64,000 bases of DNA from Moniliella sp. 'wahieum' (Eukaryota): NCBI GenBank assembly GCA_003971905.1, contig RSEE01000021.1, positions 248,001 to 312,000 on the forward strand. The letters are read 5' to 3'. The position numbers and the translations under genes were made by a program. Under the pieces are notes generated by a model. The model was not told the origin of the DNA, did no database searches, and was given only the letters and a program-made list of their open reading frames with translations. How positions within the stretch are numbered: the stretch's first letter is position 1; each line of letters starts with the position of its first letter. Shown here in pieces: positions 39,958 through 53,100 of this stretch.

Positions 39958-41363
39958 CCCCACACCATTCCGTTCGCAAGGCAACATCTCTCCCAACGTG
40001 AAAAGAAACACAATGCCCTATTTCTTTTACGGACTCACAACATCATGTCTTTTGTTCGCACATCATCCCCTCACCAATGATCATGATCGGTTGTACTTCA
40101 GTCTCCGTTGTCAGATTTCAGGCTCTTTCCCGTTATATTAAGCAGGATCTACACGCTGAACTGCATGGGCCGTCGTCGAAGTGTTGGCAGGGATTAGTCA
40201 GGGGTGGTTGACATCCCTGTCCTCGGAGCGGACGGAGAGTATTGGTCACTCTTCCCTACTAACACAGGGCTCAATAGCAAGGAGGAAGAAGAAGCAGTGA
40301 AGTGATGGCCGATAAGAAGCGTGACGAAGGGATGAAGCTCCGTTGCCTAGAGAAAAGCCTCAATTTGATGGTACTCGATGAAGAGGAAAGTGGTTATGCG
40401 AGCCAGCCCCGGAGGATGGAGCACCGTTCTGCGCTTGGTTCTCTAGGTTCGAAAAAAGCAATGTTGTCTTCCGGAGCCCGCTTCTCTCCGCGGTCCTGAG
40501 AAAGGCTCGATGAGCAAAAGTTCGATTCCCCTTTGATGGTACACAGCTCTGGCATTTGCTCTGATGATGAGAGAAAGAAATATCGATGCGCACCACAAGG
40601 GCGGATCTCATGTCTCTCCCCCTACACAGGCCAACGCGTTTCTGATGTTGCGGTGGCTACTACTGTCGATGATGACAACGAGACAGCCCGTAGAGCTCTC
40701 GGTCTCCTGGTGTGGAAGACCTGGACTTGGACTTTATCTCGGCCTCCGTCCCAGCACTTGTGCCCGCTGCTTGCTTCCAACTTCCCTCTGACTCTGACTC
40801 TGATCTTACTGACTTATCCTTTCCCTGTGACGTGATGGGCACGTCAACCACTGTCGAAGACGGTACGTTCTCCCCTGTCTCAGAACAAACGACTCATTGA
40901 GGATGGGGGAGGCGAGCCGAAACTTTGGTCCCAGGACGGGGACCAACCCGTCCAGCACTCGATCATGTCGCGTCCGCGCCCGAAGAGAACTTACTGCGGA
41001 TGAGGCGGGTCTCTTCCGTTTTCAAATTTGGATGCACCAGTAGTCGTGCCTAAACTCACGGCACCATCCAAGTATGCTTCCTGTGCGCCTCCCATCCTCC
41101 CACCCAAGTCACCCAGCCAGGCTGAAAACAGTGGGTAGAGAGGGGGATGCTGGAGAAGGGGACGCAATGATACTTGCGGGCCGAGTGACCGGTTGTCCGG
41201 TGACCCGATGAGACCAGATCGATCGGTGACCCGATGAGCTTAATGAGCATTTGCAATTGTTTTTTTTTTCTTTTTTCAAATGCCGACCTATCTAGACCGA
41301 CCCCGGCCAAGTTTTTGTTGTGGCTACAATCGGACACGAGTACCATTCACTTACTTACCCACC

Positions 41364-42116
41364 ATGTCCAGGCCAAGACAGCCATCGCAGACGACAACCG
41401 ATGCCGCTTTACAACCATCCTCCGAAACTTCCCATACCATGATCCCTGACGTGCCTCCTCCGCCAGGGCGCACACTTGCTGATCGGAAGGCGGCGCTGGA
41501 ACGGCTCAAGGTGGCCAAAGGCCAAGCTGGTCGGGCCAATGCCAAAGCGCTGGCTGCGTCCGAAGCTGGGTCCAAGAAGGCGCCCATGGGGCGGACGAGC
41601 GAGCACAAGGCACGCAAATTGGCTGCAGCACAGACTGAGCTAGACCGGCTCGAGGCGGAGGCGAGGGGGGAGGATGCAGATCGGTTGGCGCATTGGAACT
41701 ACTCGGTCGAAGAGACGGAACGCTGGAGCGCCAAGATGGACGCCAAAGCGGCGGTAAAAGATCAAGGTGCCGTGGACCATACGACCGCGGCAGAGAGAGC
41801 GTATGCGCGCAAGGTGCGTGCCCTCCCTTGCCCGCCTACGTCCCAGCGGGACACGGGGCGGCAGGCGGGTGAGGAGCCAGAGGAAGGATATGGCTCGCAT
41901 GCCCCTTCCGCCGAGGCGGTGGATGCGGTTGTGGAGCACATGGCTGCTGAAGCGACCAATCGCGCGTCGCGCAGCCGCAAGCGCGCTACCGACCCCGAAG
42001 CCGAAGTCACTTACATTAACGAACGTAACCGTCAGTTCAACGACCGTGTGTCGCGCTTCTACGACCGCTACACCAAGGAAATCCGAGACAATCTTGAGCG
42101 CGGCACCGCACTTTAG
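41364..42116 (+). CDS. SYF2: Pre-mRNA splicing factor Syf2
   Basis: Uninterrupted ORF with GEDADRLAHWNYSVEETERW and VTYINERNRQFNDRVSRFYDRYTKEIRDNLERGTAL*. Confidence 0.93.
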   Translation: MSRPRQPSQTTTDAALQPSSETSHTMIPDVPPPPGRTLADRKAALERLKVAKGQAGRANAKALAASEAGSKKAPMGRTSEHKARKLAAAQTELDRLEAEARGEDADRLAHWNYSVEETERWSAKMDAKAAVKDQGAVDHTTAAERAYARKVRALPCPPTSQRDTGRQAGEEPEEGYGSHAPSAEAVDAVVEHMAAEATNRASRSRKRATDPEAEVTYINERNRQFNDRVSRFYDRYTKEIRDNLERGTAL

Positions 42117-43131
42117 CAAACCGAACCTGTACATATATACATCGTCGCCCCCTACTTAACTCTGTACTTGCCCCATGGTTATTGGCATGATGATTCCACA
42201 CCTTCAGTAGATAGATGGTATGCCTCAGAATGACAGAGTGAGATTGGGTCAGGTGCCACTAGGCGGGAACGCATCGCACGCCGTTACGAACCAACCCGGC
42301 ACAGAGGAGGGACACATCGGTCAGAGGGCAGGGGGGGATGCATTTTGAGATAGAAAATTGTCGAGCAGAGCCAGGCCACGGAGGCCAAGGGAAAGGGGGG
42401 ATGGGATGACCAGCAAGGAGAAAAGGGGGAGAACCGAAAAGCAAAAAAGAGATGGAGCATGGGTATGCTGAGGTCAAAGCAAAAGCTAGTGGAGAGATGA
42501 ACGAGTGTGTGACCAGCGACAGGCTGGAGAAGAGAGCAAACTATACGTTTCCCTTAGTCCTTGGCCGCAGGCCAGGGTGTGATAAGGATGGGTGTAGCCG
42601 CTGAACGAAAAGCCTCATGAGGGAGGGAAGAATGCAAGGCAAGCAAGCCTTCGCCCCGGAAATTGCCAGTGAGGCAGAAAGACGTGATTGCAACTACCTC
42701 AAGCGGAGGGGGAGGCACAATCGAAAGGCATTGCGAACCTAGAAAGTGGCGAGAACAAGAAACGAAATGTGTGGCCCGTCAAACTCTGCTCCTCACAATG
42801 AAAAGCGAGTACGAGGCATGCTGGAAAAGAATAAGGGGGGCGTCCGTAGCAGAGCAACACAAATAACAGCGGCTGGAATTGTGAGCATTGTCGAGCGATG
42901 ATGAGGCAGCGGCTGCGGTGCATGCTGCCAGACAGGACAGACAATGAAAGAAGAGGAGAGGGGCCAGCCCTGGCACCGAGAGTTGGGGAAACGGAGAAAG
43001 TGGGCCAAGCCCCTTTTCGGCCGAAAGAGATATTGAGAAAGCGAACAAAGAGCGAGCAACGGGTCTGAAGATAGGAGGGCGATCAAACCCGCTGCGCTAG
43101 ACGAGGCTGGGAGAGAACGGGGTTTGGGCTT

Positions 43132-44462
43132 TTAAGCAGCGCAGCCACACGTAAGGAATTTGATGAAGCCGGACGGCTTGGGCGGTGCCTCGGCGACAGG
43201 CACTCCTCCTGGAGGAAGAGTGGCACCTTTTCCCATCGTGCCCTCGGTTCCCGGGGGAGGACCAGGCGTGGCTGGAGCATGCGAGTCCCGCATCGTTCCA
43301 TCATGCAGCGCAATGTTGCTAGCTGTGGGCGCGCCCAGCCCAGCAGTAGCAGGGGCGCCATCGGCAGGACGACGGCCACGGGAGCGGGGGTCTTGACCCC
43401 ACTGGTCGCCCGACAGACCTTGTGGCCGAGCAGCGGCAGCAGAAGGGCCTGTGGTGGCGGTGCTGGGGTGGAAACAGGAACGGCAGCAGGCGGGGGTCGC
43501 AGCGGGACCAGGGGTGGAATGAGACGAGCGAGCGTCCCAGCCTTGTCCGCCGTGGAGCAGCATCCAATCGTACTGTTGGTCCTCCACCTCGCCCTGGTGC
43601 TTCAGCACTTTGGCGAAAAGCTCCCGCAAAAAGTCGTAGTCGGGTTCCTCATCAAAGCCAAGTTTGCGAACGTAGTTGAGGTAGATGGAAAACTCCTCAG
43701 GGAAGCCATCACAAAGATCCTTGATGGGAGTGGTTTGCTTCTTTTCTCCAATCTTCTCGTAACGTTGCTTGTTAGTGTTGGCTTGAGGCCCTGCCACGGC
43801 AGAGCGCCGCGGAGAAAGTACATAAACACGTGACCCAGCGACTCGAGGTCATCGCGGCGCGACTGCTCGCGGCCCAAGTGGGTGTTGATGGACATGTACC
43901 GAGCTGTGCCCGAAAGCGACTTGCGCTCGCGATAGGGGATGTGCACCTTGGTCTTGGGGTCTCGGTAGAGCTTGGCCATGCCCAGGTCAATGATATGGAT
44001 GACATTGGCGTTGCGGGTGCCCGGACGGCCGATGAGGAAGTTGTCAGGTTTAATGTCGCGGTAGATGAGGTTCTTTTCGTGCACGGTCTGCACCCGTGTA
44101 ATCATCTGGCGGGCGGTCATGCACACTGTCTTGACAGAAAACTTGCGGCCACACATGTCGAACAGGTCCTCGAGCGACGGGCCGAGCAGGTCAATGACGA
44201 GGATGTTGTGCAACCCCTCCTGGCCAAAGTAGTACACCTGCGGCACGCCGAGACAGCCCGAAAGGATCTTGTACGAACGATACTCGTCGCGCAGCTGGGC
44301 GCATCGCTTGCGCGGCTCGAACTTGATGGCGACTGTCTGGCTGTTGAGCAGGTTGGTGCCCTCAAAGATGACGCCAAACGAGCCTCGCCAATTGCGTCCG
44401 ACGCGGTAGTGGACTCCGACGACGCTTGTCGTGGCTCCGGAATAGCCCGCGTGCGACGTCAT
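43132..44462 (-). CDS. Casein kinase I, Yck/Cki membrane-anchored type (frameshifted)
   Basis: [60 protein letters not shown], with a Cys-containing tail FLTCGCAA*. Confidence 0.95.
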
Positions 44463-47400
44463 GGGGAACAGAGGCGGATGGAGAGGACGGGCAGGGAGAG
44501 GGTGGTGGGGGGGGAGGGGCGTCAGATGGGGGCTGGATCTGCATCAGCGATGACGCCAGCGCGGCTGGCGGTAGAACGATGGCCTGCAATTGAAACTGGA
44601 TCGCCGGGTGGTGCGCCAGAGCCAGCCAGGACCACCCGCTGCCCCTGTGCCCGCCGGCGCCCCCGTCCGCGCCACCCGGCAGCGCCTCAGCCTGCCGCGC
44701 CCCGCACAGCGCCGTCTCCGCCGCTGCTCCACGCTCCCCCGCGGGTGGGACGGTGAGCAGACTGCCCCTGCCGTGTTGTTCCTGCATCCCGCCCGCCCGC
44801 GCACCACGCATCAGGCGACACGTGCCATGTATCATGCATCCACATCACGCATTCTCATCCATCGGGCGCGTTGGTACACGCAGCTCGGCGGCCGTGTGCG
44901 CAGATGCGCCCAAGCCATCACACCGCAGTCACCTGCATCACCATGCTGATCCGCTGGGGCAAATCATCCCCCCCCACCAGCTGGTGGGCCTCCTGGTGGT
45001 TGGACACCCAGGTGGAGAACCATCGGCATCTCGACCACCAGCCACCGGCCGTTTGACCTGAGCCCTCCGTCACTCTTTTTAACCTCGGACGTGTCTAAAA
45101 CCGCATGGGATGGAAGATGAGGGCGTAGAGCATATTTTTTCTCTTGGACAGAGACACTTTTCCAGCCCGTTGTGGCATGTTGTACCCATGAGTGATGACT
45201 GTTTGCGTTGGGAAGAGGGGAAGACTTTTTCTTTCGGTCTATAGGCACAGCTCGTTCGAAATAGTTGACAGCTTACAACTCAACCTGCTCAACCGCTAGG
45301 GTGCTCAGGCGCTTCTAGAGCAAAACAGGCATGCACTTTAACAATTAACGAGTGTGAGGACGAGATGTCGCACCAACGCTTGTGCCTACTAAAAAGCTCG
45401 CTTATCCTCTGGTGTGTGCTAGCTATTAACTCGGGCCAGATATAGCTTGCCCAAACTGACACGCACTGGGGCGCAGCGGGCAGCCCGCGCGTGCGCGGGG
45501 CCTCCCTTCCCGTCCTTTTCTCCCTCCTGTCCGCCGCCCACGCCCTCTTCGTTCCACTCAATACATCCGTAGGCATACCTCTCATAACATGTAACATCTG
45601 GTCTGATACTCATAACGCCAGCCGAGAGTGTGTTGCCAATGTTAAAGTCCCCGGCGCAAACAATCCCAGAGGATCCCCGTGCCCCCGCACACATGTGTCA
45701 CATGCCGTTGAACGTTGACTACGTTGACTACGTTGACTGCCATTGACTCGAACGTGTGTGGGTGCCTATATTGAAATTTGAGCAGCCCAGCCCTTGATCG
45801 TTTATGAGCGAAAGCTCCCTATAACTACGTGCCGACCACAACATAGCGGACCCAACCATCGAGCGGTAGGCGAGATTATCGTCGCGTGCGATTGCGGTTC
45901 TCGTGTTCGGGGGACGCTGGGGTGGAGGAAGAGTGTGGGAGACGTCGAGGATGATCGGGGTCATGCATCATGTCGTGGGTGGCAAGCGTTTCAGCAGTAA
46001 ATTTCGGCTGGTGGCCCTCACATAGAGGCGCGTCCACCAATGCAGTCGTACTGGCATCCGAGAGGTGGAAACGAAGGGGTGCCATTGGGTTTAATCTCAA
46101 TATGGCTGCGAAGCTCCACAAGGAGGTAATCGTAGACTTCCCCGAACGGCGAGCAACAAGGAAATCGTCAGTGTGGATTGCCAGGAAACGGGGTCTAAGG
46201 AATCGGTGCGCGGCGAATAGGGCAAAATTGGAGGGGAGTTATGGGTTTGGCTACAGGACGGGAGGAACAGGCAACGTCGGAAGAGTGGGGAACTTGCGTC
46301 TGGCGTCTCCTCAGCCTTCCCGAACCCATGGGGAGGGAAGAAGTTAAGTGGGGGAGCTGATCAAGGGAGATATGGTTCCACTGCTCATGGGTCCGGGGGA
46401 CCTTCCCAAAACCAGGGAGGACCGGTACTGTCAGACTCACGCCGTGCTAGGGGCCCCTTGGCCACTAGACCGTATGGGCACTATGGCGTGATTCTTATCA
46501 GTTGGGAGATCCTGTGTCCACCTCTCGACTGTGCCCCTTCCTGAGGAGGTACATATACCTCCTCTGCGTCCATAGATGTATGCAATCCATCTGCGCCCTT
46601 TCCCCCATCTCCGTATCCTGACAGGTACAGGTAACATGCATATAGAATGAGCAACGCCAATGCCATCGGCGTGCACGGCGTCTACCTGCAAGGACTATAT
46701 AGAAGCATGACTAGGATGGAGTGAAGTAAACGCATTCTTGTCCTTGACGACGGACAGACGTGCGCCCGAATCGTGTTGCGCGGGGAGGGTGGTGGCGGAA
46801 GACTCCCGCGCATTCCTATTTGTGGCCATGAGGGAAAGTTTGGGCACAATGAGGCGATCGGGGACGGTTACAGGGAGAAATATACGGAGGCAGTACTAAG
46901 GAAAAGTAGGGGAAGGGACCCACCGTCGGAAAATTGAGTCTCAGTTCGCAGAGGAGTGTGAGATCCACGAACCCAGCTCAACCCCCCTCCCCTTTTGATC
47001 CGGTACCACGCAGGACGCCGGCGCCCTGGCTCACTCCGCTTCCCACTGGGATGAACCACCGCCCCGAGAGGATCGGCCTGCTCGAGAAGAATTACCCCCC
47101 CAAAAAGGGGTGTGACCACGTGCTTTACGTCCAGACGCTCATCCCTGAGAAAACACCGGAGGCCGTATGGCTTCACCACGCGCGAGATGACCGTCAAAAG
47201 ACGGCCATAGTCTTCATCCGCTTGGCACGCTGCAAAACTTGGATCGTGCAAACCATTGAGCAAACATGAGCAGAATAGCAAATCAGGGACAGGTTGAGCA
47301 CGCGAGCGGATCCATAGCTTGTAAACGATGCTGCGATGGCGCTCATCGTACTTGGTGGCGGACAAAGTGCCAATGCTAAGGTCCAGAAGTTGCCGCAAAA

Positions 47401-48133
47401 AGGAAAAGAGGTCCGCTGGTGATGATGACCGTAGCGTTGACAAAATTCAGAACAACGTGGACGCCATGCCTCCAGTTTCAGCAGAAATGCTGTTGGTCGA
47501 GCTCAGACGTTTGGTGGAAGGCGGTACGCAAGTCGTTGAAGTGGCGCGCGACGGACATTTGGGAAGACCGAATCAGGAAGAGAAAGAAAACACGAAACTC
47601 CAAGCCCTGAGGAAGAAGTGAAGGGACGTTGGCCAAAGCACGAGCCACCCGGTGGCTCAACGGAGCCGCCAGACTCAGTATCAGCATATATTTTCAGGCT
47701 CCAGTTGTTTGGCTTCAAGAGCAGTACAAAAGCAGACGTTGACCTGTCAACCGCCACGATCGTGCTGATGAACGCGCAGCACCACAACGCACAGAAAAAA
47801 AGGCAACCCCCCCTTCTTCTCTTGGTTGTGGCCGGGCTGCCAGTGATAGGTCGCTCCGGGACTGGTGGGCTTTCCTTGGTGCATCAGGATAAACTGCGGG
47901 CGACACCACTGACCTCTCGATTGGGTTTGAGCGAACAGAGTGAGCCTACTGTGGTATATAAAAGCGCAGCGTTTATCTTTTTTTGTGCTGGTTCATTCAG
48001 AATGCGGAGTCGGACGCGCGGAATTAGTAATTCCACGCCATATTTTTTTTTCAGTGCGCTACACCCTCTTGAGCTGCGGCAAGCCGGGGTTAACTCTGTC
48101 TCTACCATCCCGTACCCGTTTTCAAGCAGCGCA

Positions 48134-48582
48134 ATGGCCCCACGAGCAACTCCTGGTACGTCCCACACATACAGGAAGTTTTCAGGTTCCATGCGACTAA
48201 CGTTTGGATACAGACAAGATTGGCTCTCTGCTGTTTTGCAGTGCTTGCGGCAGCTTGCTGGACATGGTGTCGGATGACGATGTGATCAAGTGCGGTGCCT
48301 GCGGGACAGGACAAGATGCTCATGTTATGATGGGTTGACTGTCGGAACCCGTTCGCATGCGTCTGCATTTCCCTCGGTGCTCCGGCAAAAGGGCAGCTCG
48401 TATCGACGGTCCGGGAGGATGGGGAGGGCGGAGGAGAAAAGGCGGCGACGATCAACGAGCGTTGTCCGAAATGCAACCACCCCGAGTTGATGTCCAACTT
48501 CCAGCTCCGCTCGGCCGACGAGGGCTCCACTGTCTTTTACGACTGCCCAAAATGCGGATACTCGTTTAGCCAAAACAACTGA
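48134..48582 (+). CDS. RPA12: RNA polymerase I subunit A12 (intron 48156-48213; frameshifted)
   Basis: KIGSLLFCSACGSLLD...CGACG zinc ribbon and TFIIS-like ribbon ERCPKC...QLRSADEGSTVFYDCPKCGYSFSQNN*. Confidence 0.92.
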
Positions 48583-50161
48583 CCGCCGCAAGGGTCTTTC
48601 TTACGTTGTTGCCAATGTGTCTTTACTTTCATGGACATGCTGGGGGGGGTTGGGATGGTTGATGACAACGCGATCGATGAGTTGGAAGGTTAGTCGACAA
48701 TGCCTGGTTGGTCATGTGACTGCGCAGGTCGGTATGCCGCGAGGAGGGACCGTGGACACAATTCGGCACTTTCCGAAATGATTAATGAGCCCCAGCAGGC
48801 AGCGTCACGTGGACGTTGTTTTCGCAAGGCGGCTTGGCTAATTGAAAGAATGGGAAAGGGCGGGGGTTCGCTGGTGTCTGCTGTCGGAGTTGCTGCATGG
48901 AGAGATGGTGGCCCAGATCTTGGTTGCACTGATGGATGGCACAGTCAAGCATAAAGCTCTTCAAGACCGCCGCGATCGCGGATTTGCCGGTTACCGGTTA
49001 CCCCGACCCAAGAGCTGGCTGGGACTGTGGGGTTGTGGTTGTGGATGGGTTCGGTGTGCATGTGAGCGCTTACTCATAGGCCTGGTCGTTAAATTGAAAC
49101 GTTGAACGTTGACGGCCGTAAAAACATGCAGCGCTAATAAGCGCTAGCGGGCACGCGTAACCGGCAACGTGTAACGCAGCTGACGCAGATGGCGTCTGGA
49201 AAGAGGATGGAGGGCATGCGCCTCAGCTGGGGCCGGTGCTGGTGGCCACGTCTTGGTCGACGTGGATTGGGCTGCGCCTTGCCAACGGGTGTGATGGCTG
49301 AGATGGAGGTGAGATGCGAGCATGTGAGATGTATATTGATGTTGAGCAACCCTAAGGCGGAAGCGCAGACGCAGAGCAGGGGAGGCCCAGCGCACGGGGC
49401 GCAGCGGAGCTAATGCGCGCATGCACGTGCCTGGGCATTGTGCTCCCGTGCCTGGCGCCGCCAATGTGAATGCGAGGCGGGTCCAATTCTGAGATCTGAT
49501 CGATGATCGAGATGATCGATCTGAGTAGGCTTTAAGCGCAAGCGTACCGCGTACGCCTCTGCGCCCTTGCAGCTTGCAGCATGGAGTGCGAGCAGCGATT
49601 AGGCCGGTTAATTAGTAAGGGCGGCGCTGCACGCACTGGCGGCGTCCCAGCTGCAGCGCTGCAGCCCAGCAGCGGCTCAGCGCGACGGACAGCCTTGGCC
49701 CGCCCGTCGCTGCTGCCACCCGCAGACGGGCCAGTGCCGCCGGGTGCATGCAGCACCAGGCCGCACGCAAGGGGCGCTGCGCTCAGCCGCTCAGCGGTCA
49801 GTTGGCCCACACGCGTGACGCATGATGCCTGACGCGCAAGGCACCAGGCCACACCCGGCGTACCCCACATCCCCAGAATGCATGGGCATCATGCATCACG
49901 CTTCCGCTCTGCAGCAGTGTGCGGCGAAAGCGGACACAAGCACAGCGCATCTCCCTCTGCGCAGCTGCTCAGCGCTCACGCTCACCCAGCCGTCACGCGT
50001 CACCAGCCATTGGCCACCTCCCCCGCCCGCCGCCACCACCGCCGCCGCCACGCCCACCGTCCCCACCAACCGCGGTCGCCTCCACGCTCCTGCCCTCCTG
50101 TGTCCGCTGCGGCTGGCTGCCCCCCCCGCAGTCTCTGCCTGCCGCACACATCCTACGCCCC

Positions 50162-53100
50162 ATGCCCACCCACACCGTCGCCGCGGCGGTCCCCAGTCTG
50201 CCCCGCCCTCCCCCTGCCCTTCCGCGAATCCTCCCCGCCCGAGTTGACGCGCAACACGCCCTCCCCCACCAGCTCCGCGCCCGTCACAACCAGCAGCGAC
50301 GGCGTCCCCAGCGACCCTGAACGCGACGCCGCCCCATCCGCCCTCAAGCAGCACGCCCCGTCTGCTTCGCGTGCCCACGCCACGCCCATGCACTCGGACA
50401 ATGCCCCGGGCTCCTCCGATGCTCTTTCGAACACCCGCTCCTGGCAGCCCGACATGGCTGGTGCTCTGTCGCACGCCCACCCACCCACACCCCGTCAAGC
50501 TTGAAGCATCGGGCCACGACGCCATGTTTGACGAGATGATCTGCTCTGACAGTGTTGGGTACGTACCATCATGCATCATGCCCTCATCCAGTTCGAGTTT
50601 GCCCGTCGCCCTGCGCGCTGACCTCCCCCCCCCATCCATAATTTGCATGTTGCAGTCCCGCCATCTCGCAGGCTGCCGCTGCTGCCACGCCCCTCGCCCA
50701 AGCCCCCTGGGACCCCCCCCCACTACACCCCAGCGTATCGGCTACCGAGTTCCGAGACGACGCTTCGGCGGTCGGCTCGTCTGTGACGGGCAGGAGCGCG
50801 TATAGTCGTGCCATGCGGAAACGGGGATCCGATGCATCTACGAACCTGGCTCAATTTGGTGTGGGCTCCCACTATAGCCACACCAGCGACGCCGATCTAG
50901 GCTACACGGCCAAGACCATTGTTCGCCCTCCCCGAGACCAGCTGGGCAAACTGCAAGTTCACGTGCATGGCGTAGCACTCATTGGGGCCAAGAGTCGTGT
51001 GGAGACGCAAATCCGCATGCGCATCGAACTCGTTCGCAACAAGGTGTATTCCGCCGGAAGTTCCGATCCTCAGTATGCAGAGGAATTGGCACCTGCCTTG
51101 GGTATGTCCTCGAGCCAAGCGGCTAGCACTGCCCAGGCCCGCTTTGGACCCCCAGAGTTGTGGCAGCGCATTGGAAGCTTCACCCACGTCAAGTTTACCT
51201 CCGGGAACAGGAACTCGGCGGAAAAGCCGCAAGTTTAAGGAGCCGCAGGTTGATCCACAACAGACGTTGTTTCTCGATGCAACTGTGGTCAACGCTACCT
51301 CACCTCACGACCGCGTCTATGTTTGTGAGGGATGCCGGACGAGGGAGCGCAAGCGTATCCTCCGGATGAAGGGCCGATCGAAGCACAACGGTGACACAAA
51401 CAAGGCTACCAGTACCGGCGACAGTGCCGGCGACACGGGTAGTGCGGACGGAGCCGAGGCGACCGTAAGGGTTCTGGGCTTGAGGCCGAGGAACCCCCAC
51501 CGTGGAGGAGATCCAAGCGCTTGGCATTGATCCTTCTTCCAAATGCGGTCCAGCTAGCTTTGGGAGTACGGGAAGAGCGGGCACGGGAGCGCGTTGTTGT
51601 GTTCAACACGGGCGACTTTGTCGAGTTTCACAATGGCGAGGCTGTCCTGCCCACTCGCATCACCTGCTACTGTCGGCATCACAAGGAGAAAATTGGCTTT
51701 TGCATTATCTTCACCCTGCGAGACTGGACAGGGCAGCTGCTTGCCACGGGCACTACTCCGCCCATTATGATCACTGACGATCACAAGACCTCTCAAGGCC
51801 CTCAAGCCCAGGCCCAAATACAAGCCCAGGCCGATGCTCTCGCCGAGGTGCTCACCCAAGCCCGCGCTAATAGGGCGGCCAGCCTTCGTGCGCAAGGATT
51901 CACTCCTCCTCCGCCATTCAACTTGGACCGCGACACTTCTTCTTCCATGTCGTCCCAGCCGATGGCCCGTCCCCCATATGGGTTGGATAGTGCGGGCAGC
52001 ATCCCCGTCCAGGACAGCACTGCAGGTCGCATGTCTAAAGAGCGGCGTAAGAGCTCAAGTTCGCGATCGAAGCCATACGCCCGCCGGGCTAGCTATGCTT
52101 CCTCGTCGCAGACGATGGGTTCTGCACACGCACGTCCGCCACATCGACACCCTTCTCGCTCCTCCTCCCGCCACAGCCGACACGCTCATGTCCCTGATTC
52201 GAACGATGGGGTTGTGCCGGAATTTGATCCTCGCATGTCGATAACCTCGACGGCTTCGCTTCAGCCCCCTGATGCCTCGCTTCACTCGCGCAAGAGTGTC
52301 GTCAGTCCGCTGTCTGCCCCGGAAGCGCAGCACGTCGATTCGCCCGTCTCCAGTCATGGCACAGTGCCAACGGGCCCGGTGCCTATATCCGCGCTCCAAT
52401 CCGGTTGGCACCAGGTACGCTTCAACCTTTGTCCGAACCAGAGGCGTTCTCTGCACTGAACCCTCCCGATGATAATTTCCCGGTCTATCCGGACTCGGCC
52501 ATGCTTCTTCAAGCCTATTCGTTGCTCAGGCTCAGGCCGAAGCGACGTTTGGGAACAACCCCATGTTTTTCAATAGCCAAGGCCAGCCCAATCCGCATGG
52601 TATGCCGCCATGCTCTCTGCGATGCAATCGCTTCGCAATGGGCCACAGGCCAACACGGCTGGGGAGAACCCATCTGTGCCTCTTCCCCCCGCCCTTTCGA
52701 CTGTTCCCCCGGTCCCCCCTAGCCCTCGAGCTAGCGTGGCTGGGCTGGTCGACGTGCCAATGGACACATCGGGGAGTCAGGCCAGTGTGCAACCCACATC
52801 GCAGACTCCCAATGGGGAAAGCCTTGCTATTGTCCGCCCAAGATTACCCAACTCATCCCGTACGAGGGCCCTATTACGGGAGGAATTGAAGTTACTGTGC
52901 TGGGGACAATTTTGTCGAGGGCATCAGCGCCGTCTTTGGAGACTCTCCGGCCATCTCTACTAAGTATGGGCCAAGAACACGCTGGTCTGTCTTCTTCCTC
53001 CCGCATGCACCCCAGGTCCGGTGGTTGTCAGCCTGCGTCTACCCGACATGCGAAGCCCCTATCCTTCCGAAACTGATGATCACGCGGCCCCACTGGCCTT

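Noticed and set aside
45491..45718. 75-aa ORF with a signal-peptide-like start as a secreted effector
   Set aside because: It starts at GTG, has no supporting gene structure and is probably chance.
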